This document shows, in pieces, positions 26,038-36,243 of a stretch of DNA of 64,000 nt; position 1 is the first letter of the stretch, and each line of letters opens with the position of its first letter. The notes below the pieces were generated by a model. That model did no database searches. It saw only the letters and a list, made by a program, of their open reading frames with translations, and was not told the origin of the DNA. Source of the stretch: a virus; the IMG/VR virus record IMGVR_UViG_3300027969_002881, positions 32,001-96,000 of that record. One strand, 5' to 3'. Both the position numbers and the translations under genes were made by a program.

Positions 26038-28101
26038 ATGACTAATAAAAAATATAAAATTATTTCCAAAAATATTGTAGCAAAAGGAAAAGGCATTCTT
26101 AACAATACTTGTATAAGGTACATAGGCCATGCCAGTAGTCTTTTTAGTTTATTTTATAGAGCATATGCAGATCGTCATTTAACATCACTGACTGACGATT
26201 TCTATGACAATTATAATTTTATTATATATGATAATAATCAAGCCAATATAGAAATGTTTCAAGCCATTCTGAAGTGGGATGGTGTTTTTGATCATGATAA
26301 CAAATATGATTCTACAGCATTTCATGCTCACTTAGATATTTTTAAATCTCAGATTGGCATTAGTATAGAAAAGTTTAATTGGCACGAAACGGTTGGATTG
26401 AACACAAGACATAATTTTTTAGATTTTAAAAAAGCATGGGATCACTTTAGATCTCGTCAGTTTAAATTCGTCAATATTGATATTATTAAAGAAACCAATA
26501 GGTTTATAGAAATAATAGATAGCCTAAGGCCTATAGGTAAGTCTACGCAATTTTTAAAATTAGATATATCTTATCATGATACACCTGAATACAAAGAAGC
26601 GATAGATAATATTTTACATAGAGTGTGGCTTAAAAACATTAAAGAATATCTTACTGTGGTAGAGCTATCAGACAAAGATAATAACCCAATCGAAGACTAC
26701 GCCGGTAAATTATATTCTGAACGAAATCCTTCTTTCTGTATTCTGCCATGGATGCATATCCAATATAAACCAACAGGGCAAAGTAAACTTTGCTGTAGAT
26801 ATGATATCGGAAATGAAACATACAAAGCTAAACAAGAACCAAATAGCACTGATAAGCTATTACAACTAAGCCATGTTAGAGAAGAGTCAATGATACAGAC
26901 AACTACCATGGAAGAAAGCTTCTTTGGAGACTATTGGAGTGCCGCAAGAGAATATACTGAAAATAATACTCCTTTAGTAGGATGTCATAAATGCTATAAA
27001 GAAGAACGAGGGAATAAAGGTGAAGTATCTCAAAGTATGAGACTAGGATCTGCTATCTTATATAACGGTGGACTATTGCACAAGCGATCAGAGTCTGAAA
27101 GACCTAAGTTAGAATTCTTAGAAGTGGGTTTCGGTAACTATTGCAATCTGGCTTGTCTAACATGTAATAGCTCGTTGAGCACGACATGGCATACTGATGA
27201 ATTAGAATTAAATCAAGTTGTAAATAAAAATATTAAACGTCAAGTGTTTAAAAAATTGGATAACTTAAAATTCGTTCCTAACGAAGAAACGCTACGTACT
27301 CTGCGTGTTATTAAATTCACCGGCGGCGAGCCTATGATTAATCCGGAGTTTATTAAGTTCATTGACTTAATCTGTGAACAAGGTAAGCCTGAACAAATTA
27401 GTCTAGAAATATATACAAATTGTAGCTATATTCCTAGCCCCAAGCTACTGGAAAATTTAGCTAGATTTGAAGCAGTTCAATTAAATCTCAGTATAGATGC
27501 GTACGGTCATGTCAATGATTATGTTCGCTATGGTAGCACATGGGAAGGTGATGCAAAACAAACAGTTAGCAATGCTATCGACCATTGGCTAGCATATGGT
27601 AAACAATATGAAAATATTAGCATCATAATGTCAACTACACTAAGTGTACTAAGCGTATTAGAAATACCCAAGTTAATGACATGGTGGATGGACAAATATA
27701 AAGATTCCGGCAATAAGATTACTGTCTTTAGATCTGGGCTTCTTGCCACAGAATATGATGGTTTCTTTAAATTGCAACCAGCACATGATCCTAGTTATAT
27801 TAATTTGAATATACTTCCCGCAGAATATTACAACAAAGTCCTGGACTGGGTAGAAGAGTATCGCAACAATTTTACTTTAAATTATCCTGATCTAGAAGGT
27901 ATACCAGAATGTATTAGTGCTAGTTTGCTCAAATTGACACAAATTATCAATAAAGCAAAAGGTAATGCTGAAGAAGCAACCAATTTATTAAATTATTTGT
28001 CTAACATAGACAGTATTAGAAAAAATTCATGCGAAGCTAGTATACCTGAAATAGTATCTAAAGTTAAAGAATACTTGCAAGCTCAGGGTACACCAACTTA
28101 A
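26038..28101 (+). CDS. radical SAM protein 5, fused to ~225-aa N-terminal unknown domain
   Basis: FCILPW...LCC...CHKC, CNLACLTC, FTGGEP, LSIDA. Confidence 0.9.
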   Translation: MTNKKYKIISKNIVAKGKGILNNTCIRYIGHASSLFSLFYRAYADRHLTSLTDDFYDNYNFIIYDNNQANIEMFQAILKWDGVFDHDNKYDSTAFHAHLDIFKSQIGISIEKFNWHETVGLNTRHNFLDFKKAWDHFRSRQFKFVNIDIIKETNRFIEIIDSLRPIGKSTQFLKLDISYHDTPEYKEAIDNILHRVWLKNIKEYLTVVELSDKDNNPIEDYAGKLYSERNPSFCILPWMHIQYKPTGQSKLCCRYDIGNETYKAKQEPNSTDKLLQLSHVREESMIQTTTMEESFFGDYWSAAREYTENNTPLVGCHKCYKEERGNKGEVSQSMRLGSAILYNGGLLHKRSESERPKLEFLEVGFGNYCNLACLTCNSSLSTTWHTDELELNQVVNKNIKRQVFKKLDNLKFVPNEETLRTLRVIKFTGGEPMINPEFIKFIDLICEQGKPEQISLEIYTNCSYIPSPKLLENLARFEAVQLNLSIDAYGHVNDYVRYGSTWEGDAKQTVSNAIDHWLAYGKQYENISIIMSTTLSVLSVLEIPKLMTWWMDKYKDSGNKITVFRSGLLATEYDGFFKLQPAHDPSYINLNILPAEYYNKVLDWVEEYRNNFTLNYPDLEGIPECISASLLKLTQIINKAKGNAEEATNLLNYLSNIDSIRKNSCEASIPEIVSKVKEYLQAQGTPT

Positions 28102-29320
28102 AATCTGTGTTATTATGCTTGTCCATGAAGTTTATATAATTTGCAGTTTCAATTAATTCTGTCGAGTAATCTTCTGCATTCATATAATTAATCGCATAAT
28201 CACCGTAGCGAATAATCCGCTTCTTTTGTTGGTTAACTAGTCTAGTACTAGACCATTGTGTGTGCGTCCATAGCGTGGGTTCATCTAACGTTAATTTAAA
28301 CGCTGTCCACTCAGCAGTAATTTTATCTTTAATGTCTTTTGGTAACACTTTGGGATTGATTGCTTTTGGAAACTGTACTATGCTAGTATGGAACAATCCG
28401 CCTGCGTTGTTAACAAACTTAACAATATCAACAAGTCTGCTTATATTGTAAATGCTAATAGTTGTAGTCAGACTCATTTCGATATTTTTAAGTTCGTGTA
28501 ATTTTTGAACATTGTCTACTATCTTATTAATATCACCATAGGTTCTAAAGTAACTGAATGTAGTATCATCACCATCGATACTTACACGTAGAATAATCTT
28601 TTTAAACTTAGGCCAATGATCCAATACGTTATAGTAACCCAATCCCAGTGCCACTAGATTACTGTTATAACTTAGTGTTATGTTATGTGCGTGATCAGCC
28701 ATTGCATCAATCATTTCCCAATGACGCTTTTGTTGTAGAGGTTCGCCGCCAGCAATCAATACTTCACGTAGATGCGGGATGGCATTTTTAAACTCTTCAA
28801 AGCTACGTTCAGGCAAACTGATATGTTTCTTTTCTAATCTTCCAGCACCATGCTTGATAAAAAATGTTTTTACTTCAGGATCTTTAAATGCCAATACTTC
28901 CCATTGACTACTGTAAGTAGGACTACAATGTCTACAGCGTAGATTACAAGTATTATCAAAACGTATTTCAATGCTCTGAGGCTCGTAGGGCATTGAATAG
29001 TCTTCTGCTACCTTACTTACTACTTTGTCAAAATCAATATTATAGCTATCTTTATATGTTTCATTACATGTTTGTCTAGTACTAGCAACTCCGCTGTCTT
29101 CAAAGTCCCAGCAACTACGGCATCCAGTAGGACGCTCGTCATTTAATACAGCTCTACGAAGTTCTCGAGTTTCGTTACTGTTCCAAATTTCACTTAATGT
29201 TTGACTACGATAGTCTCCGATACGATCTGGATAACGCCAGCAAGCACCGACTTTGCCCTCGTGCTTGATGTTTTGATGTATAAAAGGCATTATACAGAAT
29301 GTTTTGCTGTCTTTGTTCAT
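28064..29320 (-). CDS. radical SAM protein 6
   Basis: CNLRCRHC, AGGEP, VSIDG; FCIMPF...ACW...CRSC. Confidence 0.92.
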   Translation of the reverse strand: MNKDSKTFCIMPFIHQNIKHEGKVGACWRYPDRIGDYRSQTLSEIWNSNETRELRRAVLNDERPTGCRSCWDFEDSGVASTRQTCNETYKDSYNIDFDKVVSKVAEDYSMPYEPQSIEIRFDNTCNLRCRHCSPTYSSQWEVLAFKDPEVKTFFIKHGAGRLEKKHISLPERSFEEFKNAIPHLREVLIAGGEPLQQKRHWEMIDAMADHAHNITLSYNSNLVALGLGYYNVLDHWPKFKKIILRVSIDGDDTTFSYFRTYGDINKIVDNVQKLHELKNIEMSLTTTISIYNISRLVDIVKFVNNAGGLFHTSIVQFPKAINPKVLPKDIKDKITAEWTAFKLTLDEPTLWTHTQWSSTRLVNQQKKRIIRYGDYAINYMNAEDYSTELIETANYINFMDKHNNTDFKLVYPELASIL

Positions 29321-30627
29321 AATTTGGCTTGTATGTTATTCCACCATTCTTGTAAAAATGGATAATCTTTTATTACATCTTGTGTTGTTGGATATTGATC
29401 AATGGTATCTATCTTTTTCGCATATGAGAATGCCCTGCGTATCTGTTTGACTCTATTATCATTTAAATTTGTTAAATCTAATTCACTGATATCTAATGTA
29501 GAATGTTGTTTAATTAATTCTAACGCAGAATATAAGTCATTGGCTATAGATTCTTTTAACTGCGATTTGTATTCATCTAATATTTTTTTAAATTCATCTA
29601 CCCATTGTTCTTTATATTTTCCTAGATAATCAAAGCATAGATACTTATTGTTATTGTTATGTTTAACTAATGTGATATCGTGTGTAGGTAAATCTTGTTC
29701 TATAATAAATTCTAACCATTCTTTAAATCCGCATAAAGTAAAGATTGTTATAGTCAGTCCTGAACCTAAATTCCTGTTTTTACCCTGAGCCTGTGATTGC
29801 TTAAAATGTTTATTAAGTTCATCAAAATTACTTTTCCATTTCTCCCAATTTAATCCTCTGCGTATATATTCTCCGGCTAGGCCGCCTGCTTCACAACTTG
29901 CATGAATATTAACATCTGAGAAAGGTTCTAGTAAATCTACTAATCTCGTACCTTTAAATTTAGTTATGCTAAGATTTGTTATGTAAGAAACCGACAAGTT
30001 AGTATTGTTAGTTTCTTTTAAGTAGTTCATAAAATCCCAATGCTGTTGCTCAAACAACGGCTCGCCACCAATCCATTGTAATGTTTTAAGTCTACGCTCA
30101 TCAGCCGCTAATATTAGTTCTTGATAAAGTAAATTATTTCGTTCATCTGAGTCTTCTATCGAATCATCGTGGCTTGCGTGTTCTAAATTATGTATGCGTT
30201 CTTCTAATTCAATTTGACTACTAGAACTAGAACTACAATGTCTACATTTAAAATTACAAGTTTTACCAAATCTATAATCATAATAAACAGGTTCAAACGT
30301 AGTTGATCCATCTACTTCTGTTTTTGTCATGGCATCATCATAATATTTAGAATAGTAAGTATTCCAATGGTCTTTAAATAAATTAATTTTATTTGCATCA
30401 CCTACAGTAACATCACATTGATGACAAGCGGCTGGAAATTTATTGTTCATTAGAGATGTTCTGATCTCTTTCATATACGTAGAGTTTTGAAATTCTACAA
30501 AAGTTTTTGCTGTTCTGGTATTCTTATCTGTGGGTATTTCTGCTGTACAGCAAGCCTTTCTGACATACTGACTATCATGCATTGCATGAACCCAGGGTGC
30601 CATACAAAAATTTTCGGGCATTGTCAT
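29317..30627 (-). CDS. radical SAM protein 7
   Basis: CNFKCRHC, IGGEP; FCMAPW...ACC...CHQC. Confidence 0.92.
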   Translation of the reverse strand: MTMPENFCMAPWVHAMHDSQYVRKACCTAEIPTDKNTRTAKTFVEFQNSTYMKEIRTSLMNNKFPAACHQCDVTVGDANKINLFKDHWNTYYSKYYDDAMTKTEVDGSTTFEPVYYDYRFGKTCNFKCRHCSSSSSSQIELEERIHNLEHASHDDSIEDSDERNNLLYQELILAADERRLKTLQWIGGEPLFEQQHWDFMNYLKETNNTNLSVSYITNLSITKFKGTRLVDLLEPFSDVNIHASCEAGGLAGEYIRRGLNWEKWKSNFDELNKHFKQSQAQGKNRNLGSGLTITIFTLCGFKEWLEFIIEQDLPTHDITLVKHNNNNKYLCFDYLGKYKEQWVDEFKKILDEYKSQLKESIANDLYSALELIKQHSTLDISELDLTNLNDNRVKQIRRAFSYAKKIDTIDQYPTTQDVIKDYPFLQEWWNNIQAKL

Positions 30628-31685
30628 TGTTTTAAAATATTTTCCTTGTCAAGATTGTTTGAAACATATAGAGTAGTATTTTCTTTACTACCGCAGGTAT
30701 GCAAACAAGTAATAAGATTTCCATCTTCTACAGTATTATTCCATTTAGAACTAATATTATACTGTTTATTTAAAATTTCGTCAACCGAATATATATTCAA
30801 ATCAAAATCGGCAAGATTGTAATTCTCATTGAGATTCCAAGAGCCTGGGCTATCATGTGTATGTGTACCTAAATAACAACAAGGCATTAATAAGCCATTG
30901 GCTGCCAAATATATTTCTTTACGTTCTAAACTTTTACAAGTAATTTTATTTTCATTTAGCTTTTTATAGTTGTTTATTTCAAATTTAAATAATGTAATCG
31001 GTACATGTTCTTCGATGCCCACATTAGTATGCCTGAATTGTTCATGAGCAGGAGGCTCCAATGTGAACACATGTTTGCCTTCTACCATAACCTTAAAGTC
31101 TTTTTTGCCTCTAAATTTTTGAGTAACTTTAAGTCTAAACTTAACGCCTAAGTCTTTGGCCAACTGTTTGGCCGTTTCAACTTGATGTTCATTGTGTCTG
31201 AATACAATAAAGTTCCATTGAGCATTTCCACCGGCCGCCACAAAGGCTTGTAAGTTAGCATAAACTTTATCATACTTAACACCAATTCTATATTTCTCCA
31301 ATGATTCATTGTCTGTGCCATCTAAGGCAAAGTTAATTAGTACATTGGGACGAGCAAGACTGGCCCACCAATCTTCACTGCGGTAGCCGCCATTAGTATC
31401 TATGCTAACACTTTTACAGCCGTTGTCCATTAAGTAGTTAACAAACTCTGGTAATAGTTTGTTTAAGCAAGGATCTCCATAAACCCCGCTGAAGTAGACA
31501 TGATCCAATTGACTAGTAAACTCTGGAGTGAACAGTTTATAAAATACATCTGCTGTTAAATCGCCTTCTGCTAAGTCCGGCTGCACGTAACCATGCCCGG
31601 TGTATCTGCTACACATAGGACATTGGCTATTACATCTACTACTAGACTCGACGTGAACTATTTTGATTTCATCGTAGGCAATCAT
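30624..31685 (-). CDS. radical SAM protein 8 (C-terminal Twitch-like)
   Basis: CNSQCPMC, SGVYGDP, FALDG; PCC...CLHTC; start 31685 (alt 31694). Confidence 0.92.
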   Translation of the reverse strand: MIAYDEIKIVHVESSSRCNSQCPMCSRYTGHGYVQPDLAEGDLTADVFYKLFTPEFTSQLDHVYFSGVYGDPCLNKLLPEFVNYLMDNGCKSVSIDTNGGYRSEDWWASLARPNVLINFALDGTDNESLEKYRIGVKYDKVYANLQAFVAAGGNAQWNFIVFRHNEHQVETAKQLAKDLGVKFRLKVTQKFRGKKDFKVMVEGKHVFTLEPPAHEQFRHTNVGIEEHVPITLFKFEINNYKKLNENKITCKSLERKEIYLAANGLLMPCCYLGTHTHDSPGSWNLNENYNLADFDLNIYSVDEILNKQYNISSKWNNTVEDGNLITCLHTCGSKENTTLYVSNNLDKENILKQ

Positions 31686-32301
31686 TGAAGTCACCGTTAC
31701 GTAGTATATAAAAGAATGAATTAAGGTCTACTGTTAATACTCTATTGTTTCTATTGCCATACTCGATTACTGCTCGAATGACTTCAGGACAATGATAGCC
31801 AAAATCATCTCCGCATATAACTGGAACACCATTAAACTTTATCAATTCCTTTGATACGTTTTCATAAGTATGGTCTCCATCTAAAAATACAATATCATAG
31901 TTATCACTGTTCAGCGTCAGTGATTCTTGCTGAAATATATTTTTAATTAAATTAAAGTTAGCACTTTTAGAGACATGTAGTTCCCATACTTGCCTAATAG
32001 TTAATTCTCTTGTCAATATTTTATCGCGAACATTTAAAATGTTTTCTCTTTGTCCATATAAAGAATCAACTTGCTCAGGATTATTCATAACGTCCCAAAA
32101 GAATTGTGCGTCCCATTTATCGCAAACGTCCAGAGTATGACTTGATTTCATGCCACTTAATATAGACAATGTACTTTTGCCAAAGGCAGCACCCACTTCT
32201 AATATTCTGGTATTATCTGGTAATAATTTTACTAAGTTAGTAATTTGATCAGACTGTGTTTTGTTTATCCAGCCTGGGATATCATCATTTAATATCATCA
32301 T
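31669..32301 (-). CDS. class I SAM-dependent methyltransferase (Methyltransf_24-like)
   Basis: ILEVGAAFGKS, DIVFLDGDHTY, ICGDDF. Confidence 0.85.
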   Translation of the reverse strand: MMILNDDIPGWINKTQSDQITNLVKLLPDNTRILEVGAAFGKSTLSILSGMKSSHTLDVCDKWDAQFFWDVMNNPEQVDSLYGQRENILNVRDKILTRELTIRQVWELHVSKSANFNLIKNIFQQESLTLNSDNYDIVFLDGDHTYENVSKELIKFNGVPVICGDDFGYHCPEVIRAVIEYGNRNNRVLTVDLNSFFYILRNGDFNDCLR

Positions 32302-33122
32302 TTTTTAATTGTGGACATCATCGATAATCCACATTTCATAGTTACACCACTGGCAGGAAAGTTAACGCCTGCATGAGCTTGACAACGATCAAACACAATA
32401 ATGCCGCCGCGCTTCCAGTTGTATACACCTTCTAATTCGAATCCTTCTAGCCACTTTTTATTAAAATGTCTAAAATATCTATTGTATATTTCATCGCTGA
32501 TTGTTTGCCGATTCCAATCAACTTCCCAGATACTGCCATCACGTTTGTAGCATACTAAGTTATCATAATTGCGTACTGTATAGAATACATTTGTATCATA
32601 CTTAGGATCACCTTTAGCAAAGTTTGTTCCATACATTAGGAATCTGTTTTTAAAGATTGCTGTGCCGCAGTCTAATTCTGTGCTTTCTCCTTTGTTCTTA
32701 TCACAAACCCACAATGGGATAATAAACTGTTTTCCTGGAACACTGTTGCTGTCCTTTAATGTATTAGGATTACCTGTATCGATATGCAAATTATAAGGCG
32801 TGGCCGTAATTAAAAAGTTACCTTCCCAAAGTGAGTCGTTGGTTAGTTCAGGAATAACTTCCTTTAATTTACCAAAAAATTTATCTTGAATGCGTTTATT
32901 ATCTACATTGAAATGTAACGTTCCGTTGCGTTTAACTCTACGACTGCGATGTTCGCGATGCATTAAATCTTCTAACCAGACTAATTCTTCTTCATCAAAA
33001 ACATTATCTACAGCATAGCTACTATCACTCCAGGTGCTCATCCACTTGAGATGTTCTGCAGAATCAACAGGGATAAATTCTTTTACTAGATTATCTCCGT
33101 GTACGTATTCTAAATTAACCAT
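32298..33122 (-). CDS. putative 2OG-Fe(II) oxygenase
   Basis: LHID...WKRGGIIVFDRCQAH facial-triad pattern, terminal K.GLS. Confidence 0.65.
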   Translation of the reverse strand: MVNLEYVHGDNLVKEFIPVDSAEHLKWMSTWSDSSYAVDNVFDEEELVWLEDLMHREHRSRRVKRNGTLHFNVDNKRIQDKFFGKLKEVIPELTNDSLWEGNFLITATPYNLHIDTGNPNTLKDSNSVPGKQFIIPLWVCDKNKGESTELDCGTAIFKNRFLMYGTNFAKGDPKYDTNVFYTVRNYDNLVCYKRDGSIWEVDWNRQTISDEIYNRYFRHFNKKWLEGFELEGVYNWKRGGIIVFDRCQAHAGVNFPASGVTMKCGLSMMSTIKK

Positions 33123-33126
33123 GATA

Positions 33127-33882
33127 TTAATGTCCTTTTATGATATTTATTTGTTCTAAGATGTATTCTGCTAAAAATTTATAGGCATGTTCGTCAAAAT
33201 GCTTGCAGGAATATTGTTTAAAACCCGAATTCAATAAGAGTTGTGTCATGCCGAATGTACTGTCCCATGCATCTGCATATCTAATTATGGGTAATTTTTT
33301 TCCTAATAAAGACATTTTGGGCAATACCTCTGGGTGTAATACAGTGGAAGTAAAAAAAGATTCTATATTTAAATCGTCTAGCACCGCCTTAAGAGAAAAT
33401 AAACTGTTGCGTAAAATTTTTTCACTAAATATATCATCGTTAAAACTTTCGTAATGCATACGTACAAAGTCTGAGAATTTATGGTTAGTAAAGTCCAGGC
33501 ACCACGAACCAATGCCGCCGGCTATAATTTCAGTATGTATAGTATCATAATGTAGTGGATCTTCTGGCACTATAGTCAATGTTCGACCAGTATTATGATT
33601 GACTGGCAATTCAAATCTAGATAATTCTGATCCTGCAAAAATTACTAGATATTTTTCATTATGACTATACTCTTGCTCTAGATATTCATAGAGTACCCTA
33701 ATTGAACGATAATTAGATCCTCCCGGTGCTCCTAAATTCACAGAAGTTTTAAAATTACCCGCTTTTTCTAATTGTCGAACCCAGCTTCTGTTATGGCAAG
33801 ATTCTGCATTCAAATCATCTCCTAAATGACCGTATACAAAGCTATCACCAACTACAACAAGGGTTGTGTCATTGAATACCAT
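33127..33882 (-). CDS. SGNH/GDSL-like protein 2
   Basis: VVVGDSF, NLGAPGGSN, C-terminal KHF. Confidence 0.6.
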   Translation of the reverse strand: MVFNDTTLVVVGDSFVYGHLGDDLNAESCHNRSWVRQLEKAGNFKTSVNLGAPGGSNYRSIRVLYEYLEQEYSHNEKYLVIFAGSELSRFELPVNHNTGRTLTIVPEDPLHYDTIHTEIIAGGIGSWCLDFTNHKFSDFVRMHYESFNDDIFSEKILRNSLFSLKAVLDDLNIESFFTSTVLHPEVLPKMSLLGKKLPIIRYADAWDSTFGMTQLLLNSGFKQYSCKHFDEHAYKFLAEYILEQINIIKGH

Positions 33883-35275
33883 TGAAAATATCTTTCATTT
33901 CAGGAAACGTAGCATAGAAATCCGTGCCTCGCTGTTTATCCAAAAGTTCGATATATTCTTTCATTTCTGGTAAACGTACACTCCAGTCCTCGCTCTTAGC
34001 AAACTTGACCATACCGCGCAGACGTTCGATGCCATAGTCAGCGTTTAGCCACATCTCTTCAGTGACTTTGCCCTTATGCCATTCAGGGACACCTAGTTGC
34101 CAATTAGCTTTCCACCATGGAATAAATTCTTCATACTTGCGTTCAATTTCATCTTTAAACCATGCTGGCAATATTTTAACATTTAAGTGCGGTGGATGGT
34201 AAACAAAATGATAATTGATACCGCCTGCGCCAAATGGCCACATGTTAATCTTCTTAAAGCCGTGTTCAAGTTTCCATTTTAGGAACTCTGGAATATAATA
34301 AATGTTTAATGCTTGTACTGCACAGGCAATAGAAACTTCTGTGTTAGATCCTGTTTCCTGATCTAACTGTCTAAATGCTTCCAAGTTTCTTCCCCATACA
34401 CTTGGATAACGAATGTAATCATTTCTATCTTCGATGGCATCAACACTATAATGATAACGAACCAACTTAAAGTGACTCCACAATTCAAACAAGTCTTCAC
34501 GCCATTCGACACCATTACTGTTGTATCGAATTTCCATGTCCTTGGCATAACCTCGTTTGATACATTCTTCGAGAATCATATAATGTTCTTCAATGATCAA
34601 TGGTTCGCCACCTGCAAAATATAACTGTTTCATGTTAGGAATCTGTTCCCATAACTGTGTCCAGAACTCAGGATTGTTTTTATGCCAATTGTAACTAGCA
34701 CCATTCTCTTTGCCTTTATTACCCCATTGCATTGTATCTTTGAGAGTTTCGTTTTTAATCTCTGGATACATTGTATTCCATTCAGGGACCCATAAACTGC
34801 TATCATGCGGGCTACACATTACGCAGGCCAGATTACATTTAGTACCAAAGCGCATGTCAATGTAAGCAATGTGCGGAGGAACTGATCCATCTTCTTGTGT
34901 GTCTGCTAATAGCTTGTCAAGGTCGACACGTTCGCTCCAATATTTGGTTTCCCATTCACGCTTAGATTTATGGCCTTCTCGTTCTTCTTTATAACATTTA
35001 GTGCAACTAGCAGGTTCTTCCCCAGCAAGCATCTTAAGTCTAGTGTTTTTCATGTAGTCATTATTCCAACTACTTAGAAAGTCTGTGTGATTTAAGTTAG
35101 CAGGTTTGCCGTCGGCATTTTTCAGAATACCAACTTCTCCGCCATGGACTTTATCATTGGTTGCGCCCACTGAGCTGGCATTAGCAGTACAGCACACACG
35201 CATATGGCCATTGGGACGAGTGCTTAAATGTACCCATGGCAGGATGCAAAACGTTTTACTTATTTCTTTAGTCAT
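33869..35275 (-). CDS. radical SAM protein 9
   Basis: CNLACVMC, YFAGGEP; close paralog of 17750..19063. Confidence 0.93.
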   Translation of the reverse strand: MTKEISKTFCILPWVHLSTRPNGHMRVCCTANASSVGATNDKVHGGEVGILKNADGKPANLNHTDFLSSWNNDYMKNTRLKMLAGEEPASCTKCYKEEREGHKSKREWETKYWSERVDLDKLLADTQEDGSVPPHIAYIDMRFGTKCNLACVMCSPHDSSLWVPEWNTMYPEIKNETLKDTMQWGNKGKENGASYNWHKNNPEFWTQLWEQIPNMKQLYFAGGEPLIIEEHYMILEECIKRGYAKDMEIRYNSNGVEWREDLFELWSHFKLVRYHYSVDAIEDRNDYIRYPSVWGRNLEAFRQLDQETGSNTEVSIACAVQALNIYYIPEFLKWKLEHGFKKINMWPFGAGGINYHFVYHPPHLNVKILPAWFKDEIERKYEEFIPWWKANWQLGVPEWHKGKVTEEMWLNADYGIERLRGMVKFAKSEDWSVRLPEMKEYIELLDKQRGTDFYATFPEMKDIFNGIQ

Positions 35276-35280
35276 ATTAT

Positions 35281-35286
35281 TATTTA
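35281..35286 (-). promoter_or_regulatory. putative late promoter core TAAATA, 5 nt before ATG
   Basis: intergenic; same spacing as 46273-46280. Confidence 0.4.
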
Positions 35287-35296
35287 CTCGTATATT

Positions 35297-35599
35297 TTAT
35301 ATATTATTTTTATCTGCTCTATTTAATGCACTATCTGGATTTTCTGTACCACAAACCTTTAAACAAGTCTTAAACGGATCATCAGTTACCCAGCTTTGTT
35401 CTACTACAGCATACGCAGATTCAATTTGGTCTCGTGGATATGTGATAAACGCATGATCAAATTTGTCTCCCATGAATTCTTTTAGTGCTTCGTAGCGATT
35501 CTTGTCAGTGACTAACCAACAACACGGGGTTACTAGTCCTGTAAATTCTATAAAGGCACCAGGAAATTTTTTACAGTAAGGATTTATTTTTGTAGTCAT
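35297..35599 (-). CDS. stand-alone Twitch/SPASM-like Cys domain (C-terminal partner of radical SAM 10)
   Basis: YC...GLVTPCCW...CLKVC, matching C-termini of 30624, 36244 and 40177 genes. Confidence 0.75.
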   Translation of the reverse strand: MTTKINPYCKKFPGAFIEFTGLVTPCCWLVTDKNRYEALKEFMGDKFDHAFITYPRDQIESAYAVVEQSWVTDDPFKTCLKVCGTENPDSALNRADKNNI

Positions 35600-36242
35600 T
35601 GAATTCTTTTTCTATTTCATTGAATGGTTTGGTGGTTGCCAACCAGGTATTTTCGTTGGTTTCATCTACTAGACTATGCTGTAGGAAAAATAAATCAAAC
35701 CCCATAGTTTTACTTAGCTCATAACTTGATTTAATTGTATCTTGATTATAAGAAAATACCAAGTGTTTCCAATATATTTTTGGACCTGCGCCAAGTTGTT
35801 TTTTGTATTCGATACAGGTTCTAGCCGCGTTGCTCACATCATCCCATTTAGCGTTTATTCTATATTGGTTAAAATTATCGGGTGTGCCATCTATGCTGAA
35901 TATTAATGTGTCGTTGGTATTCATCGACGACATCAATGATTGCCACCATTCAGTGCTTTTGCCACTGCCATTGGTATGTATCATGATTACTAAATTAGCA
36001 TCATTGTTCTTCAGTGACTGAATCAAACCCACAAGATCTTTTGAATATATTGGATCTCCCCAATTGCCACAAAATAATATTCTCTCAGGCTTAGCATCTA
36101 TTAAGAACTTTTTAAAGTATTCAGTGTCTAGATCAAACATACTTTGAATGTATCTACCACCTACGCTAGTTCTTGCACATTCAGGACATAACAGTCTACA
36201 TCTGTTAGTTAAGCCCACATGTAAATCTTTAAAATTAAACAT
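35571..36242 (-). CDS. radical SAM protein 10 (core only)
   Basis: CRLLCPEC, FCGNWGDP, FSIDG; start reassigned to 36242. Confidence 0.88.
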   Translation of the reverse strand: MFNFKDLHVGLTNRCRLLCPECARTSVGGRYIQSMFDLDTEYFKKFLIDAKPERILFCGNWGDPIYSKDLVGLIQSLKNNDANLVIMIHTNGSGKSTEWWQSLMSSMNTNDTLIFSIDGTPDNFNQYRINAKWDDVSNAARTCIEYKKQLGAGPKIYWKHLVFSYNQDTIKSSYELSKTMGFDLFFLQHSLVDETNENTWLATTKPFNEIEKEFNDYKNKSLL

Positions 36243-36243
36243 A

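Noticed and set aside
27932-27945. Eighth AATTGACACAAATT copy inside radical SAM 5
   Set aside because: No -10 box at 17-bp spacing (AAAAGG); encodes K-L-T-Q-I in frame; likely chance, though an operator role is not excluded
28064-28101. Convergent 3' overlaps without terminators (also 16489-16500)
   Set aside because: Common in compact phage genomes; no further evidence for antisense regulation
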